DNA of 64,000 nt from Candidatus Latescibacterota bacterium (GTDB lineage Bacteria; Krumholzibacteriota; Krumholzibacteriia; WVZY01; JAKEHA01): the NCBI GenBank assembly GCA_963707635.1, contig OY970173.1:2240001-2304000 (forward strand), in the 5' to 3' direction. How positions within the stretch are numbered: the first letter of the stretch is position 1; every line of letters starts with the position of its first letter. Under the pieces are notes generated by a model. That model made no database searches, was not told the origin of the DNA, and saw only the letters and a program-made list of their open reading frames with translations. Shown one piece after another: positions 35,258 to 45,734 of the stretch. Both the position numbers and the translations under genes were made by a program.

Positions 35258-36799
35258 CTACGCGTCGCGCGGCAGGAGTGCCCCGACTTCCCTCTCCACC
35301 GCGGCGAGCACGTCGCCGTCGCGGACGCGGGTCTCGACCACGGCCAGATGTCCGGACAGTACCGCATCCTTCTCCATGAACGGCACCAGTGCCCGCACCG
35401 CCGTGTGCGCTGCCGCGACCCCGCGGCCGGGGCGCAGCGGGCGGTGGAAATCCAGCGCCTGCGCGCCGCACACCAGCTCGACCGCCACCACCCGCGCCAC
35501 GTTGTCCAGCACGCGCCCCACCTTCAGCGCCGAGATGCTGCCCATGCTCACGTGGTCTTCGAAACCCATCGAGGTCGGGATCGTGTCCACCGACGCAGGA
35601 TGCGCGTGCACTTTGTTCTCGCTCACCAGCGCCGCCGCCAGATACTGCGTGATCATGAAGCCCGAGTTGAGCCCCGGGTTTGGGATCAGGCAGCGCGGTA
35701 CCTTCTCCCCGTCGCCCTCCATCAATCTGTCCACGCGCCGTTCCGCGATCGCGGCGATCTCGCTCGCCGCGATGGCCAGCGCGTCGAGTGCGATCGCCAT
35801 GTGCTCACCGTGAAAATTTCCGCCGGAGATCACGTCGCCGTCGTCGGGAAACACCAGCGGATTGTCGGTGGCGGCGTTGATCTCGCGCACGATCCATGTC
35901 TCGATCCAGGCGAGCGTGTCGGCAACGGCGCCGAGCACCTGCGGGATGCAGCGGAACGAATACGGGTCCTGCACACGGTCGCAGTCCCGGTGCGCGCGGA
36001 TGATTTCGCTGCCCTCGTGCAGGCGGCGAAACGCCGCCGCGACCCGGCCCTGTCCGGGGTGGGGTTTGAGCGCGTGGATGCGGGGGTCGAAGACGCGGTC
36101 GGTGGCCTGGTAGGCTTCCAGCGCCATCGCGGCACCGGCGAATGAGGTTGCCAGCAGAGAGCGCGCGCGGCGCGTCTCGCGCACCGCGAAGGCGCTCATG
36201 AGCTGGGTGCCGTTGATGAGCGCGAGTCCTTCCTTCGGGCGCAGCGCGAGCGGCGAGAGCCCCTCCATCGCCAGCGCTTCCCGCGCAGCGACCACGCGCC
36301 CGCGATACCGGACCTCGCCCTCGCCGATCAACGCGAGCGACATGTGCGCCAGCGGGGCCAGATCGCCGCTGGCGCCCACCGACCCGTACGAGGGGACGCA
36401 CGGCGTCACCCCCCGGTTGACGAGCTCGAGCAGGCGCAGGACCAGCGCCTCCGACGCCCCCGAGTTCCCCACCAGCAGGGAATTCGCGCGCAGCACCATC
36501 ATCAGGCGCACGACCTCGTCGTCGAGCAGGGGCCCGAGCGCCGCCGCGTGGCTCCGAATCAGGTTGTGCTGGAGGTCAGCGGCCTCGTCCGGGCGGATGC
36601 GCGTGCGCGCCAGCTTACCGAAGCCGGTGTTGATTCCATAGTGGGGTGAGTCGCTCTGGGCGAGGTGCTCGCAGTACGCGGCGCAACGCCGCACGCGTTC
36701 CATCGCGACCGGCGCGGCCTCGACGCGCACGCCGCCGGCGACGAAGGCGTCGAGGTCGGGCAGGCGCAGGCTGGATCCGTCTAGCGAAAGTGTGCGCAT
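35258..36799 (-). CDS. hutH: Histidine ammonia-lyase
   Basis: [29 protein letters not shown] (MIO), [31 protein letters not shown]. Confidence 0.97.
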   Translation of the reverse strand: MRTLSLDGSSLRLPDLDAFVAGGVRVEAAPVAMERVRRCAAYCEHLAQSDSPHYGINTGFGKLARTRIRPDEAADLQHNLIRSHAAALGPLLDDEVVRLMMVLRANSLLVGNSGASEALVLRLLELVNRGVTPCVPSYGSVGASGDLAPLAHMSLALIGEGEVRYRGRVVAAREALAMEGLSPLALRPKEGLALINGTQLMSAFAVRETRRARSLLATSFAGAAMALEAYQATDRVFDPRIHALKPHPGQGRVAAAFRRLHEGSEIIRAHRDCDRVQDPYSFRCIPQVLGAVADTLAWIETWIVREINAATDNPLVFPDDGDVISGGNFHGEHMAIALDALAIAASEIAAIAERRVDRLMEGDGEKVPRCLIPNPGLNSGFMITQYLAAALVSENKVHAHPASVDTIPTSMGFEDHVSMGSISALKVGRVLDNVARVVAVELVCGAQALDFHRPLRPGRGVAAAHTAVRALVPFMEKDAVLSGHLAVVETRVRDGDVLAAVEREVGALLPRDA

Positions 36800-36874
36800 G
36801 GGAGGGTCCCCGCTATCCTACCACCGGGACGCGGCGCGTTCCTAGTGCGCATTGCGCCGCCGCTGCGACGAGCA

Positions 36875-38590
36875 CTAGAAGTTCTGTTCCAGCAGGACGT
36901 GGATCTTGGTCTGTTGCAGGGAAACCCCGTCCGAGACCGCGAAGCTCAAATCGATGCGGCCCACGCGGGACACGCTGCGCACTCCAAATCCCCACCCGGC
37001 GAGTCCGAGGCGCTCGAGGGTGACGCCGCCGTCCGTCGTCGGCTGCTCCTGCTGAACGCTCCCGCCGTCGAAAAACACATACAGCCCTTCGCGCGGCGTG
37101 CGCCCGAGGCGCAGTTCGTTGCGCGCATAGGCGACGTGACGGCCGTGGAACTGATTCTCGCGGTAGCCGCGCACGGTGCGGGCGCCGCCGACGTAGAACT
37201 GCTCCGGCAGCGGCACCGACGCCTCGTCCGTCTGCAGCCAGTCCACCCGGGCGTCGAGCGCGTAGTTCAGCGACCGCCACACGGGAACGACGGCGACCAG
37301 CGCGCCGTCGTAGATGGTCTGGCGTACGTCGGCGGGGCCGCTGAACTCGGTGCGGTAAGTGTTGCTCTTGGTCGCGAAAGTGACGGCCGCTTCGAGGTTC
37401 CCGTAACCGCCGCGCCGTTCGCTGCCGCGCAGCGCGCTCGCCCCCAGGCGCGCGCGCCAGCGCGTCGAGCGCACGAGCTCCCCGCTGCTGTATACATTTC
37501 TATCGCCGAACGCGCCCACCCGGGCGCCGAGCAATGTCCCCATGGCGCGCCCCACGTTACGCGACAGGTCCACGCCCGCGGATTGCCACGTGTAGAGCGT
37601 GTCCTGTCCGACCTGCTCCAGGCGCAGGCCGGCTTCGAGACGCCGCCCGAAAAACAGCCGGTCGCGATAGCGGATGTGGGTTTCGTTTCTTCCCGCCCCG
37701 TCGTTCATCCACAACACGCCCAGGTCTTTGAGCGTCCCGCCGATGTTGTTCAAGTCGAGCTGCACCAGTCCGCTGAGCGTGCGGTTCCCGCCCGCCTCCG
37801 CCGACGCATACCCGAGCGCGCCCGCAAAGGTGTGTGCCCGCTCGGGCTCGTCGACGTGGAGGACGGCGTCGACGCCCTGCCCGTCCGCGGACACGCGTAC
37901 GGTGGGGTAGTCGACCTCGGTGAATACGCCGCTGGCCGTGAGGCGCAGAAACGCGTCTTCGAGCACCTGTGCGCGATAGGCGGTGCCCGCTTCGATCCCC
38001 GAGATCTTGACGGCGAGCGGCTTCTTGGTCTTCCGGAGCCCCTCGACCACCACCGACGACACCGTGCGCGGCGTTCCCTCCACGATCGTGAGCGCCAGGT
38101 CGACCGCCGCGCTGTCCGCGTCGATGCCCACGCTGTCGACCCAGACCTGCGCGAACGGAAGGCCCGCGCCGTCGTAATCGGCCAGCAGTTCCGCAATGCG
38201 GCCGGAGAGCTCCCGCGGAGCGAAGGGAACCCCGGCCTCGAGGCGCAGGTCGCGGCGAATCTCGGCCTCGGGCCGCGTCGACATGCCCGCCACGCGCACG
38301 CGCCGCACGCGCGCCACCTCGCCTTCCTCGATCAGAACCGTGTGCGACGAATCCGGCTCGACGCGGACCGAGACGGTCGCGAACAGGCGTCCGCTTTCGA
38401 AGTACGAGTCTTGCAGCGCCCGGATCGCGCGCGGGTCGGGGAATCCGTTGGCGCGCAACACGGCCGCCGCGTGCTCCGCTGTCATGGAGCGCGCGCCGAT
38501 CACGCGCAGGCCCGCTCCCCACGCGGGGCCGGGCCCGGCCGCGACGGCGGCCAGCCCGGCGAAAGCGACGATGCGAGAGAGCGTGCGCAT
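36875..38590 (-). CDS. Omp85-family (BamA/TamA-like) protein with POTRA domains
   Basis: Signal peptide; repeated POTRA-like units (IEEGE..RVRRV.V.G; IVEG....V..VVVEG); FYVGGARTVRGY lid loop; C-terminal F. Confidence 0.85.
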   Translation of the reverse strand: MRTLSRIVAFAGLAAVAAGPGPAWGAGLRVIGARSMTAEHAAAVLRANGFPDPRAIRALQDSYFESGRLFATVSVRVEPDSSHTVLIEEGEVARVRRVRVAGMSTRPEAEIRRDLRLEAGVPFAPRELSGRIAELLADYDGAGLPFAQVWVDSVGIDADSAAVDLALTIVEGTPRTVSSVVVEGLRKTKKPLAVKISGIEAGTAYRAQVLEDAFLRLTASGVFTEVDYPTVRVSADGQGVDAVLHVDEPERAHTFAGALGYASAEAGGNRTLSGLVQLDLNNIGGTLKDLGVLWMNDGAGRNETHIRYRDRLFFGRRLEAGLRLEQVGQDTLYTWQSAGVDLSRNVGRAMGTLLGARVGAFGDRNVYSSGELVRSTRWRARLGASALRGSERRGGYGNLEAAVTFATKSNTYRTEFSGPADVRQTIYDGALVAVVPVWRSLNYALDARVDWLQTDEASVPLPEQFYVGGARTVRGYRENQFHGRHVAYARNELRLGRTPREGLYVFFDGGSVQQEQPTTDGGVTLERLGLAGWGFGVRSVSRVGRIDLSFAVSDGVSLQQTKIHVLLEQNF

Positions 38591-41500
38591 CAAAAGTAGG
38601 CCCGGGTCTCCAGCCGGAATTCGTGTTCGGTGACGCGCCGGCCGGAGAATACCGTCTCGTTGCGGCCGGAGTACGTGCCGTAGACCGAGATGATCTTCGA
38701 AATCCGGAGATTCGCGGTCGCACTCCACGTGTGCGAGGTCCCGGGTCGCGAAAACACGATCGGCTGCACCGGGACCTCGTTGAGCGCGGTCACCCGCGCA
38801 AGCTCATAGGTCGCGAACACGTTGATCTGCTCGGCGAGCCGCCACACCAGCCGTGGCTGCAGGCGCAGCGAGCGTTGCTCGGCGCCCGACTCGTCGTCCT
38901 GGCTCGTGGAACCCTTGAGGTCCAGGTCCAGGGTCGCGCCGGGATAGAGCACGACCCCGAGCCCTCCGAGCCCCGTCCATTCGTCGACGTCGTAGCTGCT
39001 GCCCGTCCCGGCGGGGATCCCTTCCCCGCCCCGCACCTCCCGCCGGTTGCCCGCTTCGGCGGTGGCGGTGAGCCGCGCCGAGAGCGAGCGCGAGAATCGC
39101 AGCACGCGCTCGCCAAAATACACGTTCTCGCGGATGCCTTCGAAGCGGTTGTCTTCGCGGTCCTCGCGCAGGTAGCGAAACGTGAGCGACACGTTCTTGT
39201 ATCCGTCCAGAAACGACCAGTCCTGGCGCAGCGTCGTGCTCCCGTAGACGGTCGCGTCGTCGCGCTGCAGCGCCGACGGCAGCAGCAGGTAGATTTCCCA
39301 CGCCGGTTCGTAGGTGGACTCCTCCTTGACCCCCATCGTCAGGTCGAGGGAGACGTTGCGCGCGATCCAGTTCCCCGCGCTCGTCCGGTGTGAGGGCTTC
39401 CAGATCGCGCGCAGGTTGAAACCAACCGCGTGCACGGGCGTGGTCTCCGGCGTCGGCAGGTAGATGACCGTGAACGCACCCTTGTTCTTGCCGACCGGCT
39501 CGCCGAATTCGTTGTAGTCCCCTTTCCCCTCGCCGACGAACACGACCGACTTCTGCTGCTCCACGGCGTCGTTCTGGCTGATCTCGTAGTCCGCGTCGGC
39601 GCGCAGCCCGATGGGCTCCCACGCGCTTCCCGCCTTCAGACGGGCCAGGTCGGTGTTGTGCGCCCCGCCGGATGCGAGATCCTCCTCGCGCCGGTGGGTG
39701 AGCTGCAGCTCCGCCTGGGTAGCGCCGCGCGACCGGTACGCGAGCCCGCCCCCGACGGTGTCATCGCGGCGACTGCCGACCCACGCCTCGGTCACCGGGT
39801 CTACCACATCGGTCTCGCGCCGCTCCGCGTCCACATGCCAGCTCAGGCGTTCTGCGCGGCGGCTGGAGAGACGCGCCCCCACGAGCGCGTACGCCTGTCC
39901 GCTGTCCGCGCTCGCCTCGTAGGTGTTGCGGTACTCCTCGGTGCCGAACGACAGCGCGGGGACCACGGCCCAAACTCCGTAGGCGGCATCGGCGGTCAGG
40001 CTGCGGCGTGTGCGCACATTGCCGGTCGCCTCGGTGTCGCTCACCAGACCGCGCGCCGACATCCCCCGGTCCGACAGACTCCCGCTGGTGAGCGTCGCTT
40101 CGTTCTTGATCCCCGTGAAGGTGCTGCGCTCGAGGCGACCGAGTGTGTAGCGCGCCCCGATGCGCGACGCGCGCGCGGCGCTGACACTCATCTCCTGCGT
40201 GGTCTCCCGCCCCACCAGCGCCACGTCCTCGAGGTTCCAGTCCTTGTAGTAGAACCACGGTCGCGCGCGGTCGAAACTCTGGAAGCGATCCTCGAGCAGG
40301 CTGGCCGCACCCGCGATTCCCAGCCGCCAGTCGCCCGCGCGGGTGTACCCGGCGCGCACCTGTCCGGCCTGGCCGACGTTGTCGTCGTCGTCCAGGGGCG
40401 AGAACAGGTTTCGGTCGTGGTCGCTCACGTTCCACTCGGCGTCGAAGGTGAGCGCGCCGTTTTCACGGGCCACGCGCGCGGTCACCAGGTCGACCCGCTC
40501 CGGCAGCGGGAGTTGCTGCCCCACCTGATAATCGCCGGCGTCCGCACCGACGAACTGGTAGTAGGTGATGCCGCGCGGCGAGACCCCCGCCCGCCGGTAG
40601 TCACCGCCGGAACCGACTTCGACGAACGACACCAGCAGGTCACCGTTGAGCTCGTCGAACAGGTAGTAGGCGGGAGCGCCCGATACCGTGTCGGCCGGGA
40701 CGAGGACGTAGTTGCCCTGACCCGAGTCGGCCGGGGTGACGCCGCCGGTGAGCGCCGCGCTGGCGTCGTCGCCCGCAGCCGCCAGCACGCTGCGGTCGGC
40801 GTCCGAGAGCACGACGGTCTTGGGCCGTCCGTCGTCGTCGCTCTCGCGCGCAAACATCAGCCCCAGCCCCACTCCCTTTCCGAGCGCCACTTTTTCCGCG
40901 GCGGCGAGCACGGTGGCGCGGTCGTATTTCTCCGCGGTCACTTCGAAGTCGACCGCGATCTCGGTGTCGGTGGTGATGAGCCGGCGGGGCGTGAACGAGA
41001 CCACCCCTGCGTCGTAGTCGATCACGTAGTCGCGATTGGGGCCGCGTTCGGCGCGCTGCCCGTCGATGTAGACACGCTCGGTCCCGGCGATGATGACTTC
41101 CGGCGTGTTGCGGGCGAGCGAGAGGAGCGCGTACGGTCCCTGCAGGCCGGTGGTGCCGCGAAACTGGATGGTGCGAAACTCGCCCTTGGTCTCCGCCGCC
41201 GCCGCCGTCACCCGCCCGCGCGCGTTCCACAACGCCCCGGAGAACCCGCGCAGCTGGCGCGTGATCGCGGAAAACGAGGACGTGCGGTTGTCGACCGACA
41301 GATCCCCCACCGCGGCGCGCGCGTTGGGACCCTCCACCTCGACGAACACCCGGTCGAAATACTCGAGCTCCTCGGTATTGCCCTGCGGCTGGATCGGGAG
41401 GTTGTTGTCGGAGAGGAGTGCGCGCACCTTGATGGTCGGCGTCAGCCGTCCCTCGACCGTCGCTTCGAGCGACTGGTCGAGCGTCGAGCCGCGGTTGGTG

Positions 41501-41982
41501 CCGGTCGAAAACGAGACCGACTTGGTGCCGCCGAACATCAGGTCGGGGGCGGTGCCGGATTCGTCGCGCGGGCGCGCCGCCACGACGCTCCCGGCGACCG
41601 GCTCGGCGGCCTCGGGCCGCGACACCTCGGCGGGCCGGAGCGTGTACACCGGCGCCATCAGCAGCGGGCGGCGCCGGTAGTGAACGACCACCACCGCGCC
41701 GGGAGGAATGTCGCCGAGGAGGCGGATCGTCCCCAGCAGCAGGTTGACCTGGTACAACTCCGGCGGCACGTCGGCGCCGTTGATGACCACCCGCACGCTC
41801 CCCGGAACCAGGAATGGGGATCGCAGCGCGGTGCGCACGCCGGGCTGGGCCGAGTGCAACGTGTCGGCCGCCTCGCCCCAGGTACGGTCGTCGTACACGC
41901 GTTCGCCCTGTGCGCGCGCGGACGGCGCCGTCGCGACGACGACCGCGGCGGCTAGACCGGCGAGCAGGGGTCGAAGCTGCAC
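38590..41982 (-). CDS. Large outer-membrane beta-barrel protein with two SprA-like motifs
   Basis: Signal peptide; PGSVRV.ING...Y.VN...G.I and AGTERVYIDG....G..RDYVIDYDAG.VSF; amphipathic strands; ends FRLETRAYF. Confidence 0.7.
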   Translation of the reverse strand: MQLRPLLAGLAAAVVVATAPSARAQGERVYDDRTWGEAADTLHSAQPGVRTALRSPFLVPGSVRVVINGADVPPELYQVNLLLGTIRLLGDIPPGAVVVVHYRRRPLLMAPVYTLRPAEVSRPEAAEPVAGSVVAARPRDESGTAPDLMFGGTKSVSFSTGTNRGSTLDQSLEATVEGRLTPTIKVRALLSDNNLPIQPQGNTEELEYFDRVFVEVEGPNARAAVGDLSVDNRTSSFSAITRQLRGFSGALWNARGRVTAAAAETKGEFRTIQFRGTTGLQGPYALLSLARNTPEVIIAGTERVYIDGQRAERGPNRDYVIDYDAGVVSFTPRRLITTDTEIAVDFEVTAEKYDRATVLAAAEKVALGKGVGLGLMFARESDDDGRPKTVVLSDADRSVLAAAGDDASAALTGGVTPADSGQGNYVLVPADTVSGAPAYYLFDELNGDLLVSFVEVGSGGDYRRAGVSPRGITYYQFVGADAGDYQVGQQLPLPERVDLVTARVARENGALTFDAEWNVSDHDRNLFSPLDDDDNVGQAGQVRAGYTRAGDWRLGIAGAASLLEDRFQSFDRARPWFYYKDWNLEDVALVGRETTQEMSVSAARASRIGARYTLGRLERSTFTGIKNEATLTSGSLSDRGMSARGLVSDTEATGNVRTRRSLTADAAYGVWAVVPALSFGTEEYRNTYEASADSGQAYALVGARLSSRRAERLSWHVDAERRETDVVDPVTEAWVGSRRDDTVGGGLAYRSRGATQAELQLTHRREEDLASGGAHNTDLARLKAGSAWEPIGLRADADYEISQNDAVEQQKSVVFVGEGKGDYNEFGEPVGKNKGAFTVIYLPTPETTPVHAVGFNLRAIWKPSHRTSAGNWIARNVSLDLTMGVKEESTYEPAWEIYLLLPSALQRDDATVYGSTTLRQDWSFLDGYKNVSLTFRYLREDREDNRFEGIRENVYFGERVLRFSRSLSARLTATAEAGNRREVRGGEGIPAGTGSSYDVDEWTGLGGLGVVLYPGATLDLDLKGSTSQDDESGAEQRSLRLQPRLVWRLAEQINVFATYELARVTALNEVPVQPIVFSRPGTSHTWSATANLRISKIISVYGTYSGRNETVFSGRRVTEHEFRLETRAYF

Positions 41983-41998
41983 GCTGCCGTCGCGGATG

Positions 41999-42925
41999 CT
42001 ACATCACCTTGAGCGCGTGGACCACCTTGCGCGCGGTATCCGTCACGTAGAGAATGCCGTCGCGGCCGAGCGCGACGTCGGTCGGTTCGAAGGGCCCCGC
42101 GCCCCCGGGAACGAGCGCGCGCGCGAACGCGCCGTCGGAGCCGAATTCGAACACCCGGCGCGCGAGCGGGTCGGCCACGAACACGCGCCCGTCCTCGCCC
42201 ATCACCGCGCGCCGCGGGTGCCGCATCGGGTTCGGCGACCCGGGAGCGGGAATGACGCGCCGCGCCTGTCCCGCGTCGGAAAACACCTGCAGGCGGGCGT
42301 TGCCGGTGTCCGCGACCAGGAGCTCGCCGCGCGGGGTGAAGGAGACTCCCTGCGGCGTGTCGAGCTGTCCCGGGTACGAACCGTAGTTGCCGAAGGCAAC
42401 GTCGACATCCAGATAGCTGTCGAGGACGATGATCTGGTGGTTTTCGACGTCACTGACGGCGAGCCGGCCCGACGCGTCGACGTCCAGCCCGCACGGAGAG
42501 ACGCGTCGTCGCTCCGCGAGCTCTTCGAAGCTCAGGAGCACGTCGCGGTAGGAACCGCTGGAATCCCAGCGCAGCAGCATCCGGTTGGTCTCGTCCACCG
42601 CGTAGACGAAGAAACCGCGCACCGACACGTCGCTCGGCTGGAACGCCGGCCGCGCGGCCGGGGACTGGAACTCGGTGCACGCCTGCGCGCCGACGTCGTA
42701 GGCAACCAGCCGCGGCGGCGACGCGTCCGCCACGATGACGGTGCCGCCGAAGTCCAGGCACACCGCCACCGGCGAGCCCAGCACCACGCGATCGCACCGG
42801 AACTCGAGCGCGGCCGCAAGCGTGTCGGCGGGCGTGGAGGGCGTGGGGGCGGGATGGGTCGCGTCGCTCGCCGGCGCGCACGCCGCGGCGAGCCAGAAGC
42901 CGGTCCATGCCAGACGAAAACGCAT
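41999..42925 (-). CDS. NHL-repeat beta-propeller lipoprotein
   Basis: Lipobox LAAAC; repeats P.G......G.L.VAD..N.R.QVF. Confidence 0.85.
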   Translation of the reverse strand: MRFRLAWTGFWLAAACAPASDATHPAPTPSTPADTLAAALEFRCDRVVLGSPVAVCLDFGGTVIVADASPPRLVAYDVGAQACTEFQSPAARPAFQPSDVSVRGFFVYAVDETNRMLLRWDSSGSYRDVLLSFEELAERRRVSPCGLDVDASGRLAVSDVENHQIIVLDSYLDVDVAFGNYGSYPGQLDTPQGVSFTPRGELLVADTGNARLQVFSDAGQARRVIPAPGSPNPMRHPRRAVMGEDGRVFVADPLARRVFEFGSDGAFARALVPGGAGPFEPTDVALGRDGILYVTDTARKVVHALKVM

Positions 42926-42959
42926 TGAATGGTCGCCGCCGCCCAAAGCGCTGCGCCGG

Positions 42960-43736
42960 CTAGAACGACCGGGTGAGGGTCAGCGCGACCGCGAGGCCCG
43001 CCGGCGACGGGGTCAGGTCGACGCGATAGCCGACCTCGTGGGACCGGTTCGCCGAGCGCGCCGCCGCATACGCGACCACCGCGCTCACGACACGGTTGGC
43101 CGCCGCCGCCGCGATCATGTAGTCGGCGCGGCGGTACGACGTCTTGCTCGACGAGCGCACTTCGGAATACTGCAAGCGGCGATCGGTCGACTCCCACAGC
43201 CACGGCTGGTAGTCCGACACGCGGTTCTCGGTGAAATACCGGTCGAGCGCGTCGGGGTCGATGGCGGCGGGATCCCCGATCGCGAAGCGCCCGTCGGTTT
43301 TCACGTCCGCCTCGTATTCGTCCGACGCGTCGTAGTCGCGCAGCGTCGCGTAGAACTCGTCGGAAAGTCCGGTGCGCGAGACCCCGGCGAAGAGTACCGC
43401 GAGCGACTGGTACTCGTCCTCGCGCTGCTGGCCCTGCACCTCGAACACCGCGTACGAGATCCAGATGACGCCCTCGGTGATGAAGAATGCGCTCGCGCGC
43501 CCCTTGTTACCCAGCGCGTAGTCGCCGAGTCCGGGAAGCAGGAGGGAATACAGCACGGCCCGCGTCGGCGAGATCACCGTCGAGGCGGGCTCGGTCGCGT
43601 CGTCCCCGGGGGCCCAGCCGGCGCCCGGTGCGGCGGCGAGGCCGGCGAGCGCGCCGTCGCGCAGCGAGGTCGCGCCGGCGGCGGCGGGCAGGAATCCCGC
43701 GGCCAGGAACGCGGCGAACACGCACGCCCGTGTCAC
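42960..43736 (-). CDS. Membrane protein, DUF5683-like (paralog of 43733-44608)
   Basis: Signal peptide; AVLYSLLLPGLGDYALG..GR; C-terminal strand ending F. Confidence 0.65.
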   Translation of the reverse strand: MTRACVFAAFLAAGFLPAAAGATSLRDGALAGLAAAPGAGWAPGDDATEPASTVISPTRAVLYSLLLPGLGDYALGNKGRASAFFITEGVIWISYAVFEVQGQQREDEYQSLAVLFAGVSRTGLSDEFYATLRDYDASDEYEADVKTDGRFAIGDPAAIDPDALDRYFTENRVSDYQPWLWESTDRRLQYSEVRSSSKTSYRRADYMIAAAAANRVVSAVVAYAAARSANRSHEVGYRVDLTPSPAGLAVALTLTRSF

Positions 43737-44608
43737 TTGAAGCGCACCTCGAGCGCCACCTCTGCGCCGTCGTACCCGCGCGGCCGCGTGCGCAGCGACA
43801 CCGGCGCCGGCTTCCCGCCCCCGCCGGCGTTCTCGCGTCGGCCGTGGATGATGATCGCCGTCTCCACGATCGAGAAGGTGCGCGCCGCCAGCGATATCCA
43901 CACGAAGGAGTTGGCGTCGTCGAGTGCGTCGTTGCTCTGCTGGCGCATGTCGCGGTATTCGGTGCGCAGATCGGTCTGGTGCGCGTAGGGGGTTTGCGCG
44001 GGATTCCAGTCCTCCCAGCCGGAAATGTACCAGTCGTATTTGCCGATGTTCTCGTAGTAGTGCTGCTTGTCCTCGTCCTTCGACACCCACGGAATGTAGC
44101 CCGGCCACGCGCCGCTCCCCGAGGTCGCCTTCCCGCAGTCTTCCACGTCGTCGAGGGTGGCACCCGTCGGCGGCACGGTCGGACACGGGTGGTCGTCGAT
44201 CCACTTGTCGTAGCTCCAGTACGCGTCGGCGAACGCCTCGTACTGGGTGCGCATGTTGATTCCGTCGTCGTGCTTGACGAAGTAACCGGTCCACGCCGCG
44301 ACCTCCACCGCCGCGAGCGCGATCCCGCGCCCCCAGTAGCCCATCGTCATTTCGCCGAGCCCGGGGATGATCGCCGAGTACAGCACCGGCAGGTAACTCT
44401 GCCCGGCGGGCGCCGCGGCGTCCTCGCTCCACGCGCGAAAGCGATCGTCGTCTATGGACGCGGGCGCGTCCAGGCCCGGGTGCGCCGCCAGCCGGCTGGA
44501 CGGGTACGACGCCCCGGCGAGCGGCAGGGCGTCCTGCCCGCCCGCGATCGCCGGGCGGGCGCCCGCGGCAGCGAGGACGAGCACCATCCAACCGAAGAGT
44601 ACACGCAT
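43733..44608 (-). CDS. Membrane protein, DUF5683-like
   Basis: Signal peptide; VLYSAIIPGLGEMTMG..GR; QHYYENIGKYDWYISGWEDW. Confidence 0.65.
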   Translation of the reverse strand: MRVLFGWMVLVLAAAGARPAIAGGQDALPLAGASYPSSRLAAHPGLDAPASIDDDRFRAWSEDAAAPAGQSYLPVLYSAIIPGLGEMTMGYWGRGIALAAVEVAAWTGYFVKHDDGINMRTQYEAFADAYWSYDKWIDDHPCPTVPPTGATLDDVEDCGKATSGSGAWPGYIPWVSKDEDKQHYYENIGKYDWYISGWEDWNPAQTPYAHQTDLRTEYRDMRQQSNDALDDANSFVWISLAARTFSIVETAIIIHGRRENAGGGGKPAPVSLRTRPRGYDGAEVALEVRFK

Positions 44609-44682
44609 GCTTCGGGTGCCTCCGAGTGAGGCGCCGGCGCGCTCGAACGCTCCGACGCCGGTTTGCGCAGGGGGTGCAGGGG

Positions 44683-45675
44683 CTAAAACGTAAAGTACAA
44701 CGACCAGCGGTGCACGCGATCGAGCGACTGCGCCTGCGGGACGTTCGCGTAGTCGAGCGACAACTTGTCCTTGTAAATGAACCCGAGCCCGTACGTCGCG
44801 GCGTTGAAATCTCCGTCCTGGTCGTAGACGTATCCGACGCGTCCCGCGATCAGATTCACGTACCGATACTCGGCTCCGGCGTGCCAGATCTCGCTGCGCC
44901 GCGTGTCGATATTGTCGTCGATCAGCCATACCAGACTCTGTTCGACGTCGCCGGTCAGGAGCAAGTTGCTGACTTCGTCGGCCACCACGGTGTAGGCGGC
45001 GCCGAGGCGCGCGGTGAACGGCAGCGCGTCGCTCTGCTCGCGATCGATGAACGCGATGTCCGGACCCATGTTGGTCAGCGAGAATCCGAGGTTGAGGCGC
45101 GGGCCTTCGAACTTGTACAGCGCGCCGAGGTCGACGGCGAAGCTGGTCCCCGCGCCCTCCACGTTGTCCTGGGTAAATTCGGCCGGCGCGAGGTCGACGC
45201 GCACGAACTTCATGGAGATGCCCACACCCAGACTCTTGGCGAGCGCCATCGCGAAGGAAACGTTCAACGAACCTTCCCAGCTCGTGAACGTCCCCAGCGG
45301 TGTTCCCGCCGGATCGGTCGCCACGCTCTCGCCGTAGGTCAGATAGATGATGCTGGCCGACCAGGTGCCGATGTCGCCGGCCGGGCTCGAATAGCCGAGG
45401 TACTCGTAATACACGTCCGTGGCCAGATCGGGGACGAGTTGGCTGTGCATGAACGCCAGGCTGCGGGTCTTGGCGAACGCCAGCCCGCCGGCGTTCCACC
45501 ACCCCGCGGTGGCGTCGTCCGCGACGGCGACAAACGCTTCTCCCATCCCGTTGGGGCGCGCCCCGGGGGGAATGGTGAGGGAAGGAACCGCGGATTCCGC
45601 GACGGCAAACGCATTCGAATGGGCCGCCAGCACCGCGATGACCGCCGCGCCGACTAATAGTCTCCGATGATTCAT
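44683..45675 (-). CDS. porV: PorV/PorQ family outer-membrane barrel (T9SS shuttle-like)
   Basis: L.IPPGAR..GMGEAFVAVADDATA..WN..GL; FAVDLG; C-terminal HRWSLYFTF; adjacent to porU. Confidence 0.85.
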   Translation of the reverse strand: MNHRRLLVGAAVIAVLAAHSNAFAVAESAVPSLTIPPGARPNGMGEAFVAVADDATAGWWNAGGLAFAKTRSLAFMHSQLVPDLATDVYYEYLGYSSPAGDIGTWSASIIYLTYGESVATDPAGTPLGTFTSWEGSLNVSFAMALAKSLGVGISMKFVRVDLAPAEFTQDNVEGAGTSFAVDLGALYKFEGPRLNLGFSLTNMGPDIAFIDREQSDALPFTARLGAAYTVVADEVSNLLLTGDVEQSLVWLIDDNIDTRRSEIWHAGAEYRYVNLIAGRVGYVYDQDGDFNAATYGLGFIYKDKLSLDYANVPQAQSLDRVHRWSLYFTF

Positions 45676-45698
45676 GTAAGCCTCCTAAGTGCCTATCA

Positions 45699-45727
45699 AT
45701 ACTACGGTGTTAAGGGTGCACGGTCAA
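45699..45727 (-). promoter_or_regulatory. Sigma-70 promoter for porV
   Basis: TTGACC-17nt-TAGTAT, then AGGAGG SD. Confidence 0.7.
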
Positions 45728-45734
45728 CAGGGGG

